A model generated the notes under the pieces. That model did no database searches and was not told where the DNA came from. It saw only the letters and a program-made list of their open reading frames with translations. A stretch of 64,000 nt of DNA from Elusimicrobiota bacterium. Its GTDB lineage: Bacteria > Elusimicrobiota > Elusimicrobia > F11. This document shows positions 35,542 to 45,264 of this stretch, one piece after another (the first letter of the stretch is position 1; each line of letters opens with the position of its first letter). A program made the position numbers and the translations under genes. The stretch is from assembly GCA_044221725.1 (NCBI GenBank), contig JBGAON010000004.1:64001-128000 (forward strand), read 5' to 3'.

Positions 35542-36196
35542 GCCAAATGTGTACCGCATTAAGAGATGTGGGCAATAGAGGTCGTGTCGCAATGATCCCT
35601 TTCACCAAAAAGCGTGGAAGGTGTGCGATAAGATAAGGACTAATGGGAAACAAAGAATGTACGCTTTCAGCACGAAGGCCGCTTTGTTTGACCCACGACT
35701 CTACCGTCCTGCGAGAAGAAGTAAAGTTCTTCCCACCCCATCGCTTCGAATCAAAAATTAAAAAGCTCCAGTGCATCATGTCAAACAGCGCGTGTCCGCC
35801 AGGTTTGAGAATCCGGTGGATTTCATTGAACAGAGGCCGTAGATCGTGGTAATGGTTCGTAAAGCGAAAACAATAAATGCCATCGAAACTTTGCGACGCC
35901 ACCGGCGCTTTGAACGCGTCGCCTTCGACAACATAAGGTTCATTTGCCAATCCGCCTGCTTGTAGCATCGCCTTCGATTGCTCAAGACCATGCACATTTC
36001 GCCCTTCCCGTCGAAGGTCTTTTAACAATCGCCCCGTTCCACAGGCGATTTCGAGAATCTTTTCCGATCCGTCAAATGCCTGGCGAACGGCGCTTAACTC
36101 GATCTCATGTGCAAATTTTCCTGACCGCGAAGCGAATCGAACTTCGTCATAGGCGTTTGCCACTTGGGAACTTTGATAATAGAGTCTTTTATCCAT
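35522..36196 (-). CDS. Class I SAM-dependent methyltransferase
   Basis: ILEIACGTGR, S.AML, RILKPGG. Confidence 0.87.
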   Translation of the reverse strand: MDKRLYYQSSQVANAYDEVRFASRSGKFAHEIELSAVRQAFDGSEKILEIACGTGRLLKDLRREGRNVHGLEQSKAMLQAGGLANEPYVVEGDAFKAPVASQSFDGIYCFRFTNHYHDLRPLFNEIHRILKPGGHALFDMMHWSFLIFDSKRWGGKNFTSSRRTVESWVKQSGLRAESVHSLFPISPYLIAHLPRFLVKGIIATRPLLPTSLNAVHIWHVRKPK

Positions 36197-37307
36197 AGAT
36201 GGCACCTATGTCTATTTTCTCCGTCCAGTGGCCATACGTATTCCTTTGTCGCGCTCTGAAATCGCTTTGATCATTGAGTCGCAGAACTTGTTTTAAAGCG
36301 ACGGCCAGATCGCGCGGATCGCGTGGCTTCACGAGAAATGCGGTATCTCGATTGGACGCATAATCTTGAACACACGGAAAATTGGAAACGATTACTGGAA
36401 TCCCCGACCGAAACGCTTCGAACAGGAGCAAGGGCGGCGCCATTTGCCCGAACGAGATTGAAAATGGCAATACGATCGCTACCGCCGAGCGAAAGATTGT
36501 CTCACGATGAAGCGGATCGCTTGTCAGTATGAGGCGGTTGTCTAGACCCATGCGGCGAATTTGAGATTCAACGTGCGCTCGGTTTCCAATGCCGCTCCAG
36601 GCGAGCAACAATTGTGCGTCGTAGTCGGTTAACGTTGAAAATGCCGTAAGCAGAGTTTCCACGCCCTTGTTCGGTAAGAAATGGCCCATGAAAAGAAAGG
36701 TTGGCCGATTTTTGATTCGTTCAGCAAGGGCCTTCGATAAATCATCGGGACCCTGTTCTGTCGGTAAAATCGGATATGAAAAATGGGTTTTGTGTGCCGG
36801 GCAACCTTGTTCTCGAAATCGCTCGAGAAGTTGTGAGGAGTGAGCAATGTATGCGTCCGCTGCGAATTTCGCCGGTGGTGAGATCGCCATCGCTGCGTAT
36901 CGAACCGCGTAAAAACGAAACATGTTGAGAAAATTTGAAAAATCCCACACGTCGGACATCCTTGGGTTTTCTCCAATGCACGTTACAACCACCCGTTTTT
37001 TCACGACGCGTTTAATTCTATCCGCGATCCAAAAGAAACTCGCCGAAGGAAGGAAAAGATGCAGACAGTCCACCTGGTGTCCCAACTCAACCGAGCGCTG
37101 GATAAATGTGTATTGCTCGCGCCATTTTCGGAAAAGCGATTCTCCAGTCGCGTGAAACCGAAGCGGTGTTGAGCGCAAGTCGCCTTGTGGCGTGAATCGG
37201 ATGACGTTATGTCCGAGCTTTGAGATGGCAGTCGTCCAACCGATGAACGATTGATATTCGCCGCTTAGCTCAAACTCGTCGTGAAATAATCCGCAAGCGA
37301 TTTTCAA
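36189..37307 (-). CDS. Glycosyltransferase family 4
   Basis: FLFMG...NKG, LFEAFRSGIPVIVS, FLVKP.D. Confidence 0.8.
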   Translation of the reverse strand: MKIACGLFHDEFELSGEYQSFIGWTTAISKLGHNVIRFTPQGDLRSTPLRFHATGESLFRKWREQYTFIQRSVELGHQVDCLHLFLPSASFFWIADRIKRVVKKRVVVTCIGENPRMSDVWDFSNFLNMFRFYAVRYAAMAISPPAKFAADAYIAHSSQLLERFREQGCPAHKTHFSYPILPTEQGPDDLSKALAERIKNRPTFLFMGHFLPNKGVETLLTAFSTLTDYDAQLLLAWSGIGNRAHVESQIRRMGLDNRLILTSDPLHRETIFRSAVAIVLPFSISFGQMAPPLLLFEAFRSGIPVIVSNFPCVQDYASNRDTAFLVKPRDPRDLAVALKQVLRLNDQSDFRARQRNTYGHWTEKIDIGAIYG

Positions 37308-39232
37308 TGTTTCGTCTTAATTTCCATTAAACCAAGGTTTTTGTTCTGCCATATCACCGTGTAGTTTGTTTCAAGAAAATCCGCAATCGGTTTCAAATCG
37401 TATCGATAAACCAAGGCGTCATTTTTTAATTCGACGAGCGCCAACACCGGCTTTCGAATGGTCAGATCGGAAAGACATTCGTTCATCATACTGGCTCCGT
37501 GAACGTAATTGATCAGACCGAAGCGAGTAGCGGAACGCCGATCGGATAAAAAGTAGTAACCGCCGTAGTTCGTAAAATCAAAATAGTGGCCGTTTTCCGG
37601 AATCCGTTTTTGCAGTTCAAGGACAACGCTCTCGACTTGTTTCACATTGTCCGTCGGAATTCGGGCCTTCCCCATGCGGGGTAACTGCGAGATGCTTCCA
37701 TCTCCGGAGGTCTGAGACGCGTATAAAAGATTCGTGAGGCCTGTTGCAACGAGATTGGGAAGAGAGCGCCCCCACATCAATGTTGATCCGAGCGGGAGCA
37801 CAATGCATGTTGCAAGCAAGGGAGATATGCCCGTCGATACGCGAACTTTTGTGGCGTCGGTAACCCAGTCCAATGCAATTTCACAAACGAACATTATTAG
37901 TGGCCATGTCAAGATGGACGAGTTTTTCCAATGGATGAAGTCGGTCCTTCCCAAATAAATAAAGAATTGAAAAAACAACACACACGCGAGCGCCAAGGCT
38001 GCTCGTGATCGTGGAAATTGATAGGTAGCACACAAAGACATCGTAAAAATACTAAGCAAAAGAGGAATGTTGATTTTTAAATACGCTGTTGTGGAACTTT
38101 CCGTCTGAAAGAACCGGTATTGAAAAACGTGACTGCGCAGGCCGTCGGCCCATGTTGGGAGGCGCTGGGTCAACATAGACCCAATATCACGGAAAAAATA
38201 ATTGAACGCGTTCACATGCCAGAGATACAGAACGAGCAAAAGAAATGAAAAGGAATATCCGATGAGGAATGACGAAAAAGATCGGTTCACAAAGTTCTTC
38301 TCATCCAAGATGAAGGACGCTCCGAAGAAAAGTGCCAGTCCCGCGATCAAAGTAACACCAATTTCGAAACTGTAGAGCGCGGATAACGCGGCAACGATTC
38401 CGGCCAGTCCATACAACAAGCGATTCTCCTGGCGTGTGCTCGCGCAAAACAAAGCCATCGTGAGAAGAGGAAAGAGTGTTCGTTCGGGAAAAAAGAGATC
38501 CGGTCGCAGTGCCAATATAATTCCAAAAAATATTTTTAACGAGGTCCGCCGCACAACAAGCAGCATCAGCGAGAACAACAGCACACTGGCCATGCCGACG
38601 ATCCAAGCGGTCAGCGCTTGATCCGCCGCGTAAGTTGTGCCCCACATCTTAAACGCGATCCACGGTCGTACGACGTCCTGGAGGATTCCGTAGTGGATGA
38701 AAAAATCTTTATACGGAATGGCACCGTGAAGGTATTCGTTTATGGCTGACAGCCGAGGGCCATACTCGTAGAGATCGAAGACCCATACGCCTGTTCGTTT
38801 AAAAGCGTGCAACGCGGTCAATACCGCAAGAGCACCAAGAAGAGAATTAACAAAGAACCTTGCGGTTTTTGTTTCCGCGGCACCGTTTGAATGAGCACGG
38901 GATAAGAACGTGACGACGATCGCCCAAACAACGAACTGGACCACGCCGAAAAAGTGAATTACGACCAACGTTGAAAGAATGGTAACGATATTGAAAGTCA
39001 ATCGAACTCCGGAAGAATCGATGTCCGGTGAATATCGAAGGACAACCGGAATTGCGAGCGCCCAGCAAACGACGAAATATTGCCATTGTTTTTGATTTGC
39101 CCGTGCGGACAAATCCGATAAGCCGATCGGGAACAGCTTATCCAATACGATGGTGGCAGAAAAATGCCAAACGGCAGCCAAAGCCAGGAAGGCCAAAAGA
39201 AAAAAGGGGATGTTGATGGCCTTTTTCGCCAT
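37304..39232 (-). CDS. Multi-pass membrane protein, GT-C-like
   Basis: Many TMs; G..PYKDFFIHYG, YYFLSDR; start re-called at ATG 39232 directly after upstream stop. Confidence 0.6.
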   Translation of the reverse strand: MAKKAINIPFFLLAFLALAAVWHFSATIVLDKLFPIGLSDLSARANQKQWQYFVVCWALAIPVVLRYSPDIDSSGVRLTFNIVTILSTLVVIHFFGVVQFVVWAIVVTFLSRAHSNGAAETKTARFFVNSLLGALAVLTALHAFKRTGVWVFDLYEYGPRLSAINEYLHGAIPYKDFFIHYGILQDVVRPWIAFKMWGTTYAADQALTAWIVGMASVLLFSLMLLVVRRTSLKIFFGIILALRPDLFFPERTLFPLLTMALFCASTRQENRLLYGLAGIVAALSALYSFEIGVTLIAGLALFFGASFILDEKNFVNRSFSSFLIGYSFSFLLLVLYLWHVNAFNYFFRDIGSMLTQRLPTWADGLRSHVFQYRFFQTESSTTAYLKINIPLLLSIFTMSLCATYQFPRSRAALALACVLFFQFFIYLGRTDFIHWKNSSILTWPLIMFVCEIALDWVTDATKVRVSTGISPLLATCIVLPLGSTLMWGRSLPNLVATGLTNLLYASQTSGDGSISQLPRMGKARIPTDNVKQVESVVLELQKRIPENGHYFDFTNYGGYYFLSDRRSATRFGLINYVHGASMMNECLSDLTIRKPVLALVELKNDALVYRYDLKPIADFLETNYTVIWQNKNLGLMEIKTKH

Positions 39233-39233
39233 T

Positions 39234-40367
39234 TTATTTCCTGAGATTTTGAGCCAACGACTCGATGACGAAGCGCTGTTCCGGCCAGCCAAGATAGTTG
39301 TGCAGCGGCAAGCGCAACAAGCATGAACTGATGCGTTCCGTGACCGGTAGCATTCCGACTTTGTAACCGAAACGGCGCCCCATCTTGGACAAATGCAGAG
39401 GAAAATAATGAAAGATCGCGTGGATTCCTTTTTTTTGCAGGTCACGAATAGCTGACTGACGTTTGTGCTCGCTTGGAAACACAATTGCGAAAAGATGGAA
39501 AGAGGATCGACAATGTGGTGGTATCTTCTGTAGCGAAATGACGCCGCTTTTCTCAAAAAGTCGCAGGTTTCGGTCGTATTGATTCCAAATGGCTTTTCGC
39601 ATTCTCCAGATGGCATTCTTCTTTTCAAGTTGGGCCGCTAGGTAGGCGGTTTGAAGTTCCGAAGGTACGAAGGACGACCCGATGTCCACCCAGGAGTACT
39701 TATCAACTTCTCCACGGTAAAACGCCGCACGGTTTGTCCCTTTTTGGCGGATAATTTCAGCGCGCCGGACAAATTGTTCTTTGTTAATAATAATCGCGCC
39801 GCCTTCTCCACAAACGACGTTCTTTGTTTCATGGAAGCTAACAGCGGAAAATTCCCCGAACGTTCCGACGGGTCGCCTGTGGTATTCGGAAAGAAACGCT
39901 TGCGCCGCATCCTCGATCAAAAATAATTTGTGTTTGCGCGCCAACCGAACAATCTCTCGCATTTCACATGGCACGCCGCCATAGTGCACCACACAAATGG
40001 CCCGCGTTCTTTTCGTGATGGCCGCTTCGATCTTTGTTTCATCAATATTAAACGTGTCGGAGCGGATATCGACAAACTTTGGTATCGCGCCCCGCAAGAC
40101 AAATGCATTTACCGTCGATGGAAATGTAAACGATGGGACAATAACTTCGTCTCCGGATTTAATATCGGCGAGAAGCGCCGCCAATTCCAACGCATGGGTG
40201 CACGACGACGTTAAAAGAACCTGCGATGGCCGATAGGTTCGTTGAAGAAGTTTGGTGGCGTATTTTGTAAACGGTCCGTCACCCGACAGGTGACAGTTCG
40301 CGATCGACTTCTTGATGTAGCGAAGTTCATTTCCGATGAGATTGACGCTATTAAACGAGACAATCAC
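39234..40367 (-). CDS. wecE: dTDP-4-amino-4,6-dideoxygalactose transaminase (DegT/DnrJ family)
   Basis: SGDGPFT, SCTHALE, PSFTFPST, EDAAQ, SFHETKN..CGEGG, VDKYSW.D.GSS. Confidence 0.88.
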   Translation of the reverse strand: MIVSFNSVNLIGNELRYIKKSIANCHLSGDGPFTKYATKLLQRTYRPSQVLLTSSCTHALELAALLADIKSGDEVIVPSFTFPSTVNAFVLRGAIPKFVDIRSDTFNIDETKIEAAITKRTRAICVVHYGGVPCEMREIVRLARKHKLFLIEDAAQAFLSEYHRRPVGTFGEFSAVSFHETKNVVCGEGGAIIINKEQFVRRAEIIRQKGTNRAAFYRGEVDKYSWVDIGSSFVPSELQTAYLAAQLEKKNAIWRMRKAIWNQYDRNLRLFEKSGVISLQKIPPHCRSSFHLFAIVFPSEHKRQSAIRDLQKKGIHAIFHYFPLHLSKMGRRFGYKVGMLPVTERISSCLLRLPLHNYLGWPEQRFVIESLAQNLRK

Positions 40368-40465
40368 GTGGGATTTGTACCATAAATCAAGCTTTTATGA
40401 CGTGTGTGCAATCTGGAGAGATTGTCTTCATTTCCATTATTTCTTTCTAAAACTACAATGCGCTT

Positions 40466-42148
40466 GTGGACGACGAGAATTCAACAGCGCTCGCTTCTCA
40501 TCGGAAGTCAATTTCGTGGGATGCTTTAGCGGTCTGTATCGGAATTGTTTTTGCGGGCCTGCTGATAACAACAGCCCGCCGAACATCGCTTGTCTATGAC
40601 GAGGTCATTTACGCGCCCGCCGGTGTGATGATTTGGGAAACCGGTGATTACCGGTGGAATATCGAACACCCGCCTTTGCAAAAATTGATCGCTGCGCTTC
40701 CACTTCTCGCTCGGAGGATTTCTATTCCTAACGACTTAAATCCGTCGCAAACGGACGCGTGGCATATGGGATACCGAGTTTTTTTCTCCAGTGAGGGGCC
40801 GGCCACGCGATTAATTAATTTGGCGCGCGCGCCCACAACATTTCTTTCTCTAATGCTCGGCGGCTTGCTCTTTATGACCGTTCGGAAAGCGATCGGAGCC
40901 GAAGCAGCAACGGCATCGCTTTGCATGTTCGCGTTTGATCCGCTTGTTCTCAGCAATGGCGCGCTCGCCATGAACGATATGTTTGTTACTTTTTTCTTGT
41001 TTGCGTCCGTCTTGGCGCTAAACGTCTCGACGGATCGCTTGGCGCTGCCGGCCGTCATCGCGAGTGCATTTCTGGCAGGCTGGGCCATCGCCTCAAAATT
41101 TTCCGGTGTGCTGATTTTGCCGATCCTAATCTTTTTATCGTGGCTGCGCAGATCCAGTTTCCGAACATGGCTCACACACGCTCTTGCACAGGTCATTATC
41201 GCATTCGTTGTTCTTCTGATCTGTTATCGTTTTAAGCTCTCCGTGATTTTGGAAGCGTTTCAAAAAGGTTTTGCGTTTCACAAAGGCGATAACGGGATGG
41301 GATATCTCCTTGGCCCCGTCTCGGGTGCGGTTGGCTGGTACTATTATCCGGTCGCTTTTCTCATCAAAACTCCGATTCCGCTGCTCTGTCTGTGGCTCGG
41401 TGGGATAATTTTTCTATTGCGGTCCAAGTCCCGGAAAGACTGGATTTTTTTCCCGATTGCGATTTTCTGGCTCGCTGTAGTTACGAGTCATAATCATTTC
41501 GGTTTGAGATATCTGTTGCCAGCCACTCCCTTCCTGGCCGTGGCAGCCGGCTTCCTGTTTGAAAAAAATCGCCCTGCCCTGGAGCGGCGGTTCTGTTGGG
41601 CACTGGTCGTATGGCTTGCAGCCGAAGCACTGATAAGTCACCCGTATCACATGGCGTATTTCAACGAGTTCGTCGGCGGTTCGGAGAATGGCTACAAGTG
41701 GCTCGATGGTTCGAATCAGGACTGGGGACAAGATTTACCGTCGCTCGTCGAGCTCATACGAAAACAGTCAACCCAACCCACCGTGTGTATGGGTTACTGG
41801 GGTTCAAACAGACCGGAGGCCTGGGGATTGGAATATCAGGACGTTTTGTCTCCGGCGATCACGAACAGCTTTCGTCGCGACACGGTCAATCCGGTCGAAA
41901 CGCCGAGCGAATGGCTCGTTGTGAGTGCGGAGCTTGTTCACAATCCCGCGACACGCGAGGTTTATGGTTGGTTGCGCACGAAAACGCCGATTCATTTTGT
42001 CGGATCAACACTTTTTGTTTACGACATCACGAGAGACCTTGAGTCGGTGCGGAAACTGGGTTCTATTTACGAACGGATGGGAAGAACAACATTATTCGAA
42101 CGGCAACTGGCACGAGAAAGACTTATTCAGGCGTACGAACGACCCTAA
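40466..42148 (+). CDS. ArnT/PMT-like (GT-C) glycosyltransferase
   Basis: YDE, EHPPL.K, SKFSG, WYYYP, G.RYLLP, SN.DWGQD. Confidence 0.75.
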   Translation: MDDENSTALASHRKSISWDALAVCIGIVFAGLLITTARRTSLVYDEVIYAPAGVMIWETGDYRWNIEHPPLQKLIAALPLLARRISIPNDLNPSQTDAWHMGYRVFFSSEGPATRLINLARAPTTFLSLMLGGLLFMTVRKAIGAEAATASLCMFAFDPLVLSNGALAMNDMFVTFFLFASVLALNVSTDRLALPAVIASAFLAGWAIASKFSGVLILPILIFLSWLRRSSFRTWLTHALAQVIIAFVVLLICYRFKLSVILEAFQKGFAFHKGDNGMGYLLGPVSGAVGWYYYPVAFLIKTPIPLLCLWLGGIIFLLRSKSRKDWIFFPIAIFWLAVVTSHNHFGLRYLLPATPFLAVAAGFLFEKNRPALERRFCWALVVWLAAEALISHPYHMAYFNEFVGGSENGYKWLDGSNQDWGQDLPSLVELIRKQSTQPTVCMGYWGSNRPEAWGLEYQDVLSPAITNSFRRDTVNPVETPSEWLVVSAELVHNPATREVYGWLRTKTPIHFVGSTLFVYDITRDLESVRKLGSIYERMGRTTLFERQLARERLIQAYERP

Positions 42149-42153
42149 TAAAT

Positions 42154-42227
42154 CGGCCCCAACGGGATTCGAACCCGTGATCTCTGCCTTGAGAGGGCAG
42201 CGTCCTAGGCCGCTAGACGATGGGGCC
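42154..42227 (-). tRNA. tRNA-Glu(CTC); CCA not encoded
   Basis: GGCCCCATCGTCTAGCGGCCTAGGACGCTGCCCTCTCAAGGCAGAGATCACGGGTTCGAATCCCGTTGGGGCCG; anticodon arm CTGCC-CTCTCAA-GGCAG, T-loop TTCGAAT. Confidence 0.96.
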
Positions 42228-42270
42228 AATACGCAACGGCGAGGGCGGAATTATACGCTATATGATTGGA

Positions 42271-42435
42271 TCAAACCCAGCCGAATTTCTCATCAAATCG
42301 ATTCTTCAAAGAAAGACAATGTTTCTCAATCAAATGCCAGCTAAGCAGAGACACGATGATCGTCATTGCGATTCCAACCACCAACGGGAAATAAATCGAA
42401 ATCGGCCTTCGTCTATGAGAATGGCGGCCGGACAT
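42271..42435 (-). pseudogene. Possible remnant C-terminus of an acyltransferase-3 (OafA-like) gene
   Basis: Manual translation ends YFPLVVGIAMTIIVSLLSWHLIEKHCLSLKNRF; frame is closed by a stop shortly upstream. Confidence 0.4.
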
Positions 42436-42762
42436 CCGTAAAAAATTTTGTCGAGACGCGCCAACCGAAGGCCGACCGACGGAGTCCGCTCTCCCATCTG
42501 GTCAAACTCCTGTCCAATCATCCGTATGGCGCTCGGGTTGGTACGCGTGTGCGAGAAAATATTAAATTGGTCAAAATTAACATGCAGCGGATCAAGAACT
42601 TTGATCGATGTTGAATTTTAAAATGCAGCAAATCCACTGGGGCGTCATTACTATGGCGGGCCGCGCAAGCGCGGGAATTACACTGAAATCGCTTTCGGCC
42701 GTCAATTTGGGCGAAGCGGCCAACCGACCGCGATGGGATCCTAAAAAGTAATGTTGAGATCG

Positions 42763-44262
42763 ATGAACAAAAAAACACGGGTGGCGATTATTGGGAGTGG
42801 GTTTGGCGGATTGGCAGCGGCGATTCGCCTCCAGGCGGCCGGTTTCCCGACCACGGTTTTTGAGAGACGCGATAAGGCCGGTGGCTTGGCACACGTGGTT
42901 CGCGATCAGGGTTTTACCTTCGATGCAGGGCCAGCTGTTCTTACCGCCCCGTTCGTGATCGAAGAACTATTTCAGGCTGCGAATCGGCCGATGAATTCTT
43001 ATGTTGAATTGTTGCCCGTTCAACCACTCATTCGAATGTTTTGGGAGAACGGTTTCTCGTTCGAAATATCGAACGACCCCCGCAAGATTGAACAGCAAAT
43101 CGAAAAAATAGCGCCAAGCGATGTCGGCGGTTACCGAAAATTTCTCGCGTTTTCGAAAAAAGCGTTTGATCAATACGATCGGAAAATGTGCGCGGAGCCT
43201 TTTCAAGATCCGTGGAGTATGGTTCGCGCCGCGCCGCGTCTTTTGCGTTTGACCGCCTATCGTTCGGCCCGTGAAGTGATTGATTCGTTCATCAGCGATC
43301 CGCGGCTGCGCGAAGCGCTCGCTTTTCCCTCGAAGCTCATGGGAGCGGACCCATCGAACGCGCCGGCGCTCCATGCTTCGCGGCATTTTCTCGAAACGCA
43401 TTCGGGTATTGTGTTTCCGAAAGGCGGTATCAACGCGCTCGTGCGTGGGCTTGTCCAGCTGTTCACCGATCTTGGTGGCTCTTTACGCGTGAATGCCGAC
43501 ATTGAAAGCATTGTCGCTAAAGACGGGAAGGTGATGGGCGTGCAGCTTACGACGGGCGAGCGCCAAGCGTTTGAAGTTGTGGTGAGCAATGCGGATGTGA
43601 CGCACACGTACACGCAACTTCTCAAAAAAAATCGCGTGGCGAGAAAAGTTTCTCAGAAAGTATCGAAGATGACGTACGGTTCGTCCGCTCTTGTCGTTTG
43701 TTTTGGAACATCAAAGAAATATTCAAATGTTGCCCAGCATAACGTGATCTTTGGTCCATCGCCCTATTATCTCCACGTTCCGACGGTCACGGATCTTTCG
43801 CTAGCGCCTGCCAACGGCGAAACATTTTGTGCGCTTGCGATGGTGCCCAATCTTGAGAAATTCAATGTTTTTTGGCCGGAAGAAGGTCCGCGGTTTGCCG
43901 AAAAAATGTTGGACTTTATTGAGCAACAGTGTTTGCCGGGCCTCAAGAAAAACATCGTTACACGAAAGATCTTCACGCCGATCGATTTCGAATCCGAATT
44001 CCGCACAACGTTCGGATCGGCTTTTTCAATTGAACCGACGCTGCAGCAGAGTTTTTATTTTCGGCCGCACAATCGCGACACGAATATTCACGGGTTGTAT
44101 CTTGTCGGGGCGGGCACCCATCCGGGTCCGGGTGTAGCGAATGTGATGAATTCAGCAAAGGTGACTGCGAAATTGATTGTGGACGATTTTGGTCCCGACC
44201 GATTCGGTTTTACAGGAGAAGGCGTGACAATTCCGGCGGAATTGGCGCCGGAGCCGGGATAA
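42763..44262 (+). CDS. crtI: Phytoene desaturase family (CrtI-like) FAD oxidoreductase
   Basis: IIGSGFGGLAAAIRLQAAG, GFTFDAGP, VVSNAD, FRPHNRD, LYLVGAGTHPG.GV. Confidence 0.85.
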   Translation: MNKKTRVAIIGSGFGGLAAAIRLQAAGFPTTVFERRDKAGGLAHVVRDQGFTFDAGPAVLTAPFVIEELFQAANRPMNSYVELLPVQPLIRMFWENGFSFEISNDPRKIEQQIEKIAPSDVGGYRKFLAFSKKAFDQYDRKMCAEPFQDPWSMVRAAPRLLRLTAYRSAREVIDSFISDPRLREALAFPSKLMGADPSNAPALHASRHFLETHSGIVFPKGGINALVRGLVQLFTDLGGSLRVNADIESIVAKDGKVMGVQLTTGERQAFEVVVSNADVTHTYTQLLKKNRVARKVSQKVSKMTYGSSALVVCFGTSKKYSNVAQHNVIFGPSPYYLHVPTVTDLSLAPANGETFCALAMVPNLEKFNVFWPEEGPRFAEKMLDFIEQQCLPGLKKNIVTRKIFTPIDFESEFRTTFGSAFSIEPTLQQSFYFRPHNRDTNIHGLYLVGAGTHPGPGVANVMNSAKVTAKLIVDDFGPDRFGFTGEGVTIPAELAPEPG

Positions 44263-44263
44263 T

Positions 44264-44671
44264 TTAAAACATCCGGTAAAGCATCAAGTAAATCACGACA
44301 CCGGTCACCGACACGTACATCCACACCGGCCATGTCCAGCGCGCGATTCGCACGTGCGCTTCGTAGTCCGCACGCCAAGCGCGGCGCAGTGTGGTGACCA
44401 CCATCGGAACAATGACCACCGCGAGAATTGTGTGCGATAAGAGAATCGTGAAATAAAGAGTTCGAACGGAGCCGGTGCCCGCAAAATGCTTGCTTCCCGC
44501 GCGATAGTGGTAATAAAGATAGGACGCAAGAAACGCAACGGATGTGAAAAACGCCGTGATCATGCACGCTTTGTGCGCGGTGGTGTTTTTTCGCTTGATG
44601 AAAAAGATACCCAGCGTCACCAGCACGGCGCTCAAAAAATTGAGCGTGGCGTTAAGTTCGGGAAATCCCAT
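44264..44671 (-). CDS. DUF420 family membrane protein
   Basis: P.LNA.LN, HKACM, FL.SYL.YH, ILLSH..LA, W.YVSVTG. Confidence 0.9.
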   Translation of the reverse strand: MGFPELNATLNFLSAVLVTLGIFFIKRKNTTAHKACMITAFFTSVAFLASYLYYHYRAGSKHFAGTGSVRTLYFTILLSHTILAVVIVPMVVTTLRRAWRADYEAHVRIARWTWPVWMYVSVTGVVIYLMLYRMF

Positions 44672-45260
44672 CGCGCATTTGTTTTAAGGCTTCGTTGTCC
44701 GTGGAATCGTAGTAACCCACAATCGTTCCGTTCGCGTCGACCAACACGAAATAAAGACTGTGAAGAATATCGTTCTCCGACGGCTTTGTCGGTGGCGTTT
44801 GTTCCACCGCAAGGTGAAAGCTCTCGCGAACCAATTTAAAAATTTTCTCTTTATCGCCCGTTAAGAAATGCCAATTGTTGAGATGGGCGCCGTATGTTGC
44901 CGCATATTTTTTCAGAACGGCGGACGTGTCGTGGGTGGGATCCACCGAAAACGAAACGAACCGCAGATTGGTTTTGTTGGAGAAGTCTTTTTGAAGTTCG
45001 GCCATGCGCGTCGTGAGCAGCGGGCATGGCCCCATGCATTGCGTAAAAAAGAAATCAGCGATCCAGACTTTTCCTTTTAAATCGTTTCGTCCGAACGGGC
45101 GATTGTCTTGATCGACAAATTCGAAATCTTGAACCGTGCCGTACGTGGGAGTTGCGGAAGGGCCGGATCGTCTTCCAAAGCGCGGACTCAATACTTGAAC
45201 AGCGATGAGCGCCAAAATAGCGATGCCAAGAACAATCTGAAGAATTCTAACGGGACGCAT
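44652..45260 (-). CDS. SCO1/SenC copper chaperone
   Basis: FFFTQCMGPCP, SFSVDP..D, ILHS..FVLVD. Confidence 0.92.
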   Translation of the reverse strand: MRPVRILQIVLGIAILALIAVQVLSPRFGRRSGPSATPTYGTVQDFEFVDQDNRPFGRNDLKGKVWIADFFFTQCMGPCPLLTTRMAELQKDFSNKTNLRFVSFSVDPTHDTSAVLKKYAATYGAHLNNWHFLTGDKEKIFKLVRESFHLAVEQTPPTKPSENDILHSLYFVLVDANGTIVGYYDSTDNEALKQMRDGISRT

Positions 45261-45264
45261 CGTG

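Noticed and set aside
30060..42227. Integrative element with att sites at tRNA-Glu
   Set aside because: No integrase and no duplicate of the tRNA 3' end found by eye near the far boundary
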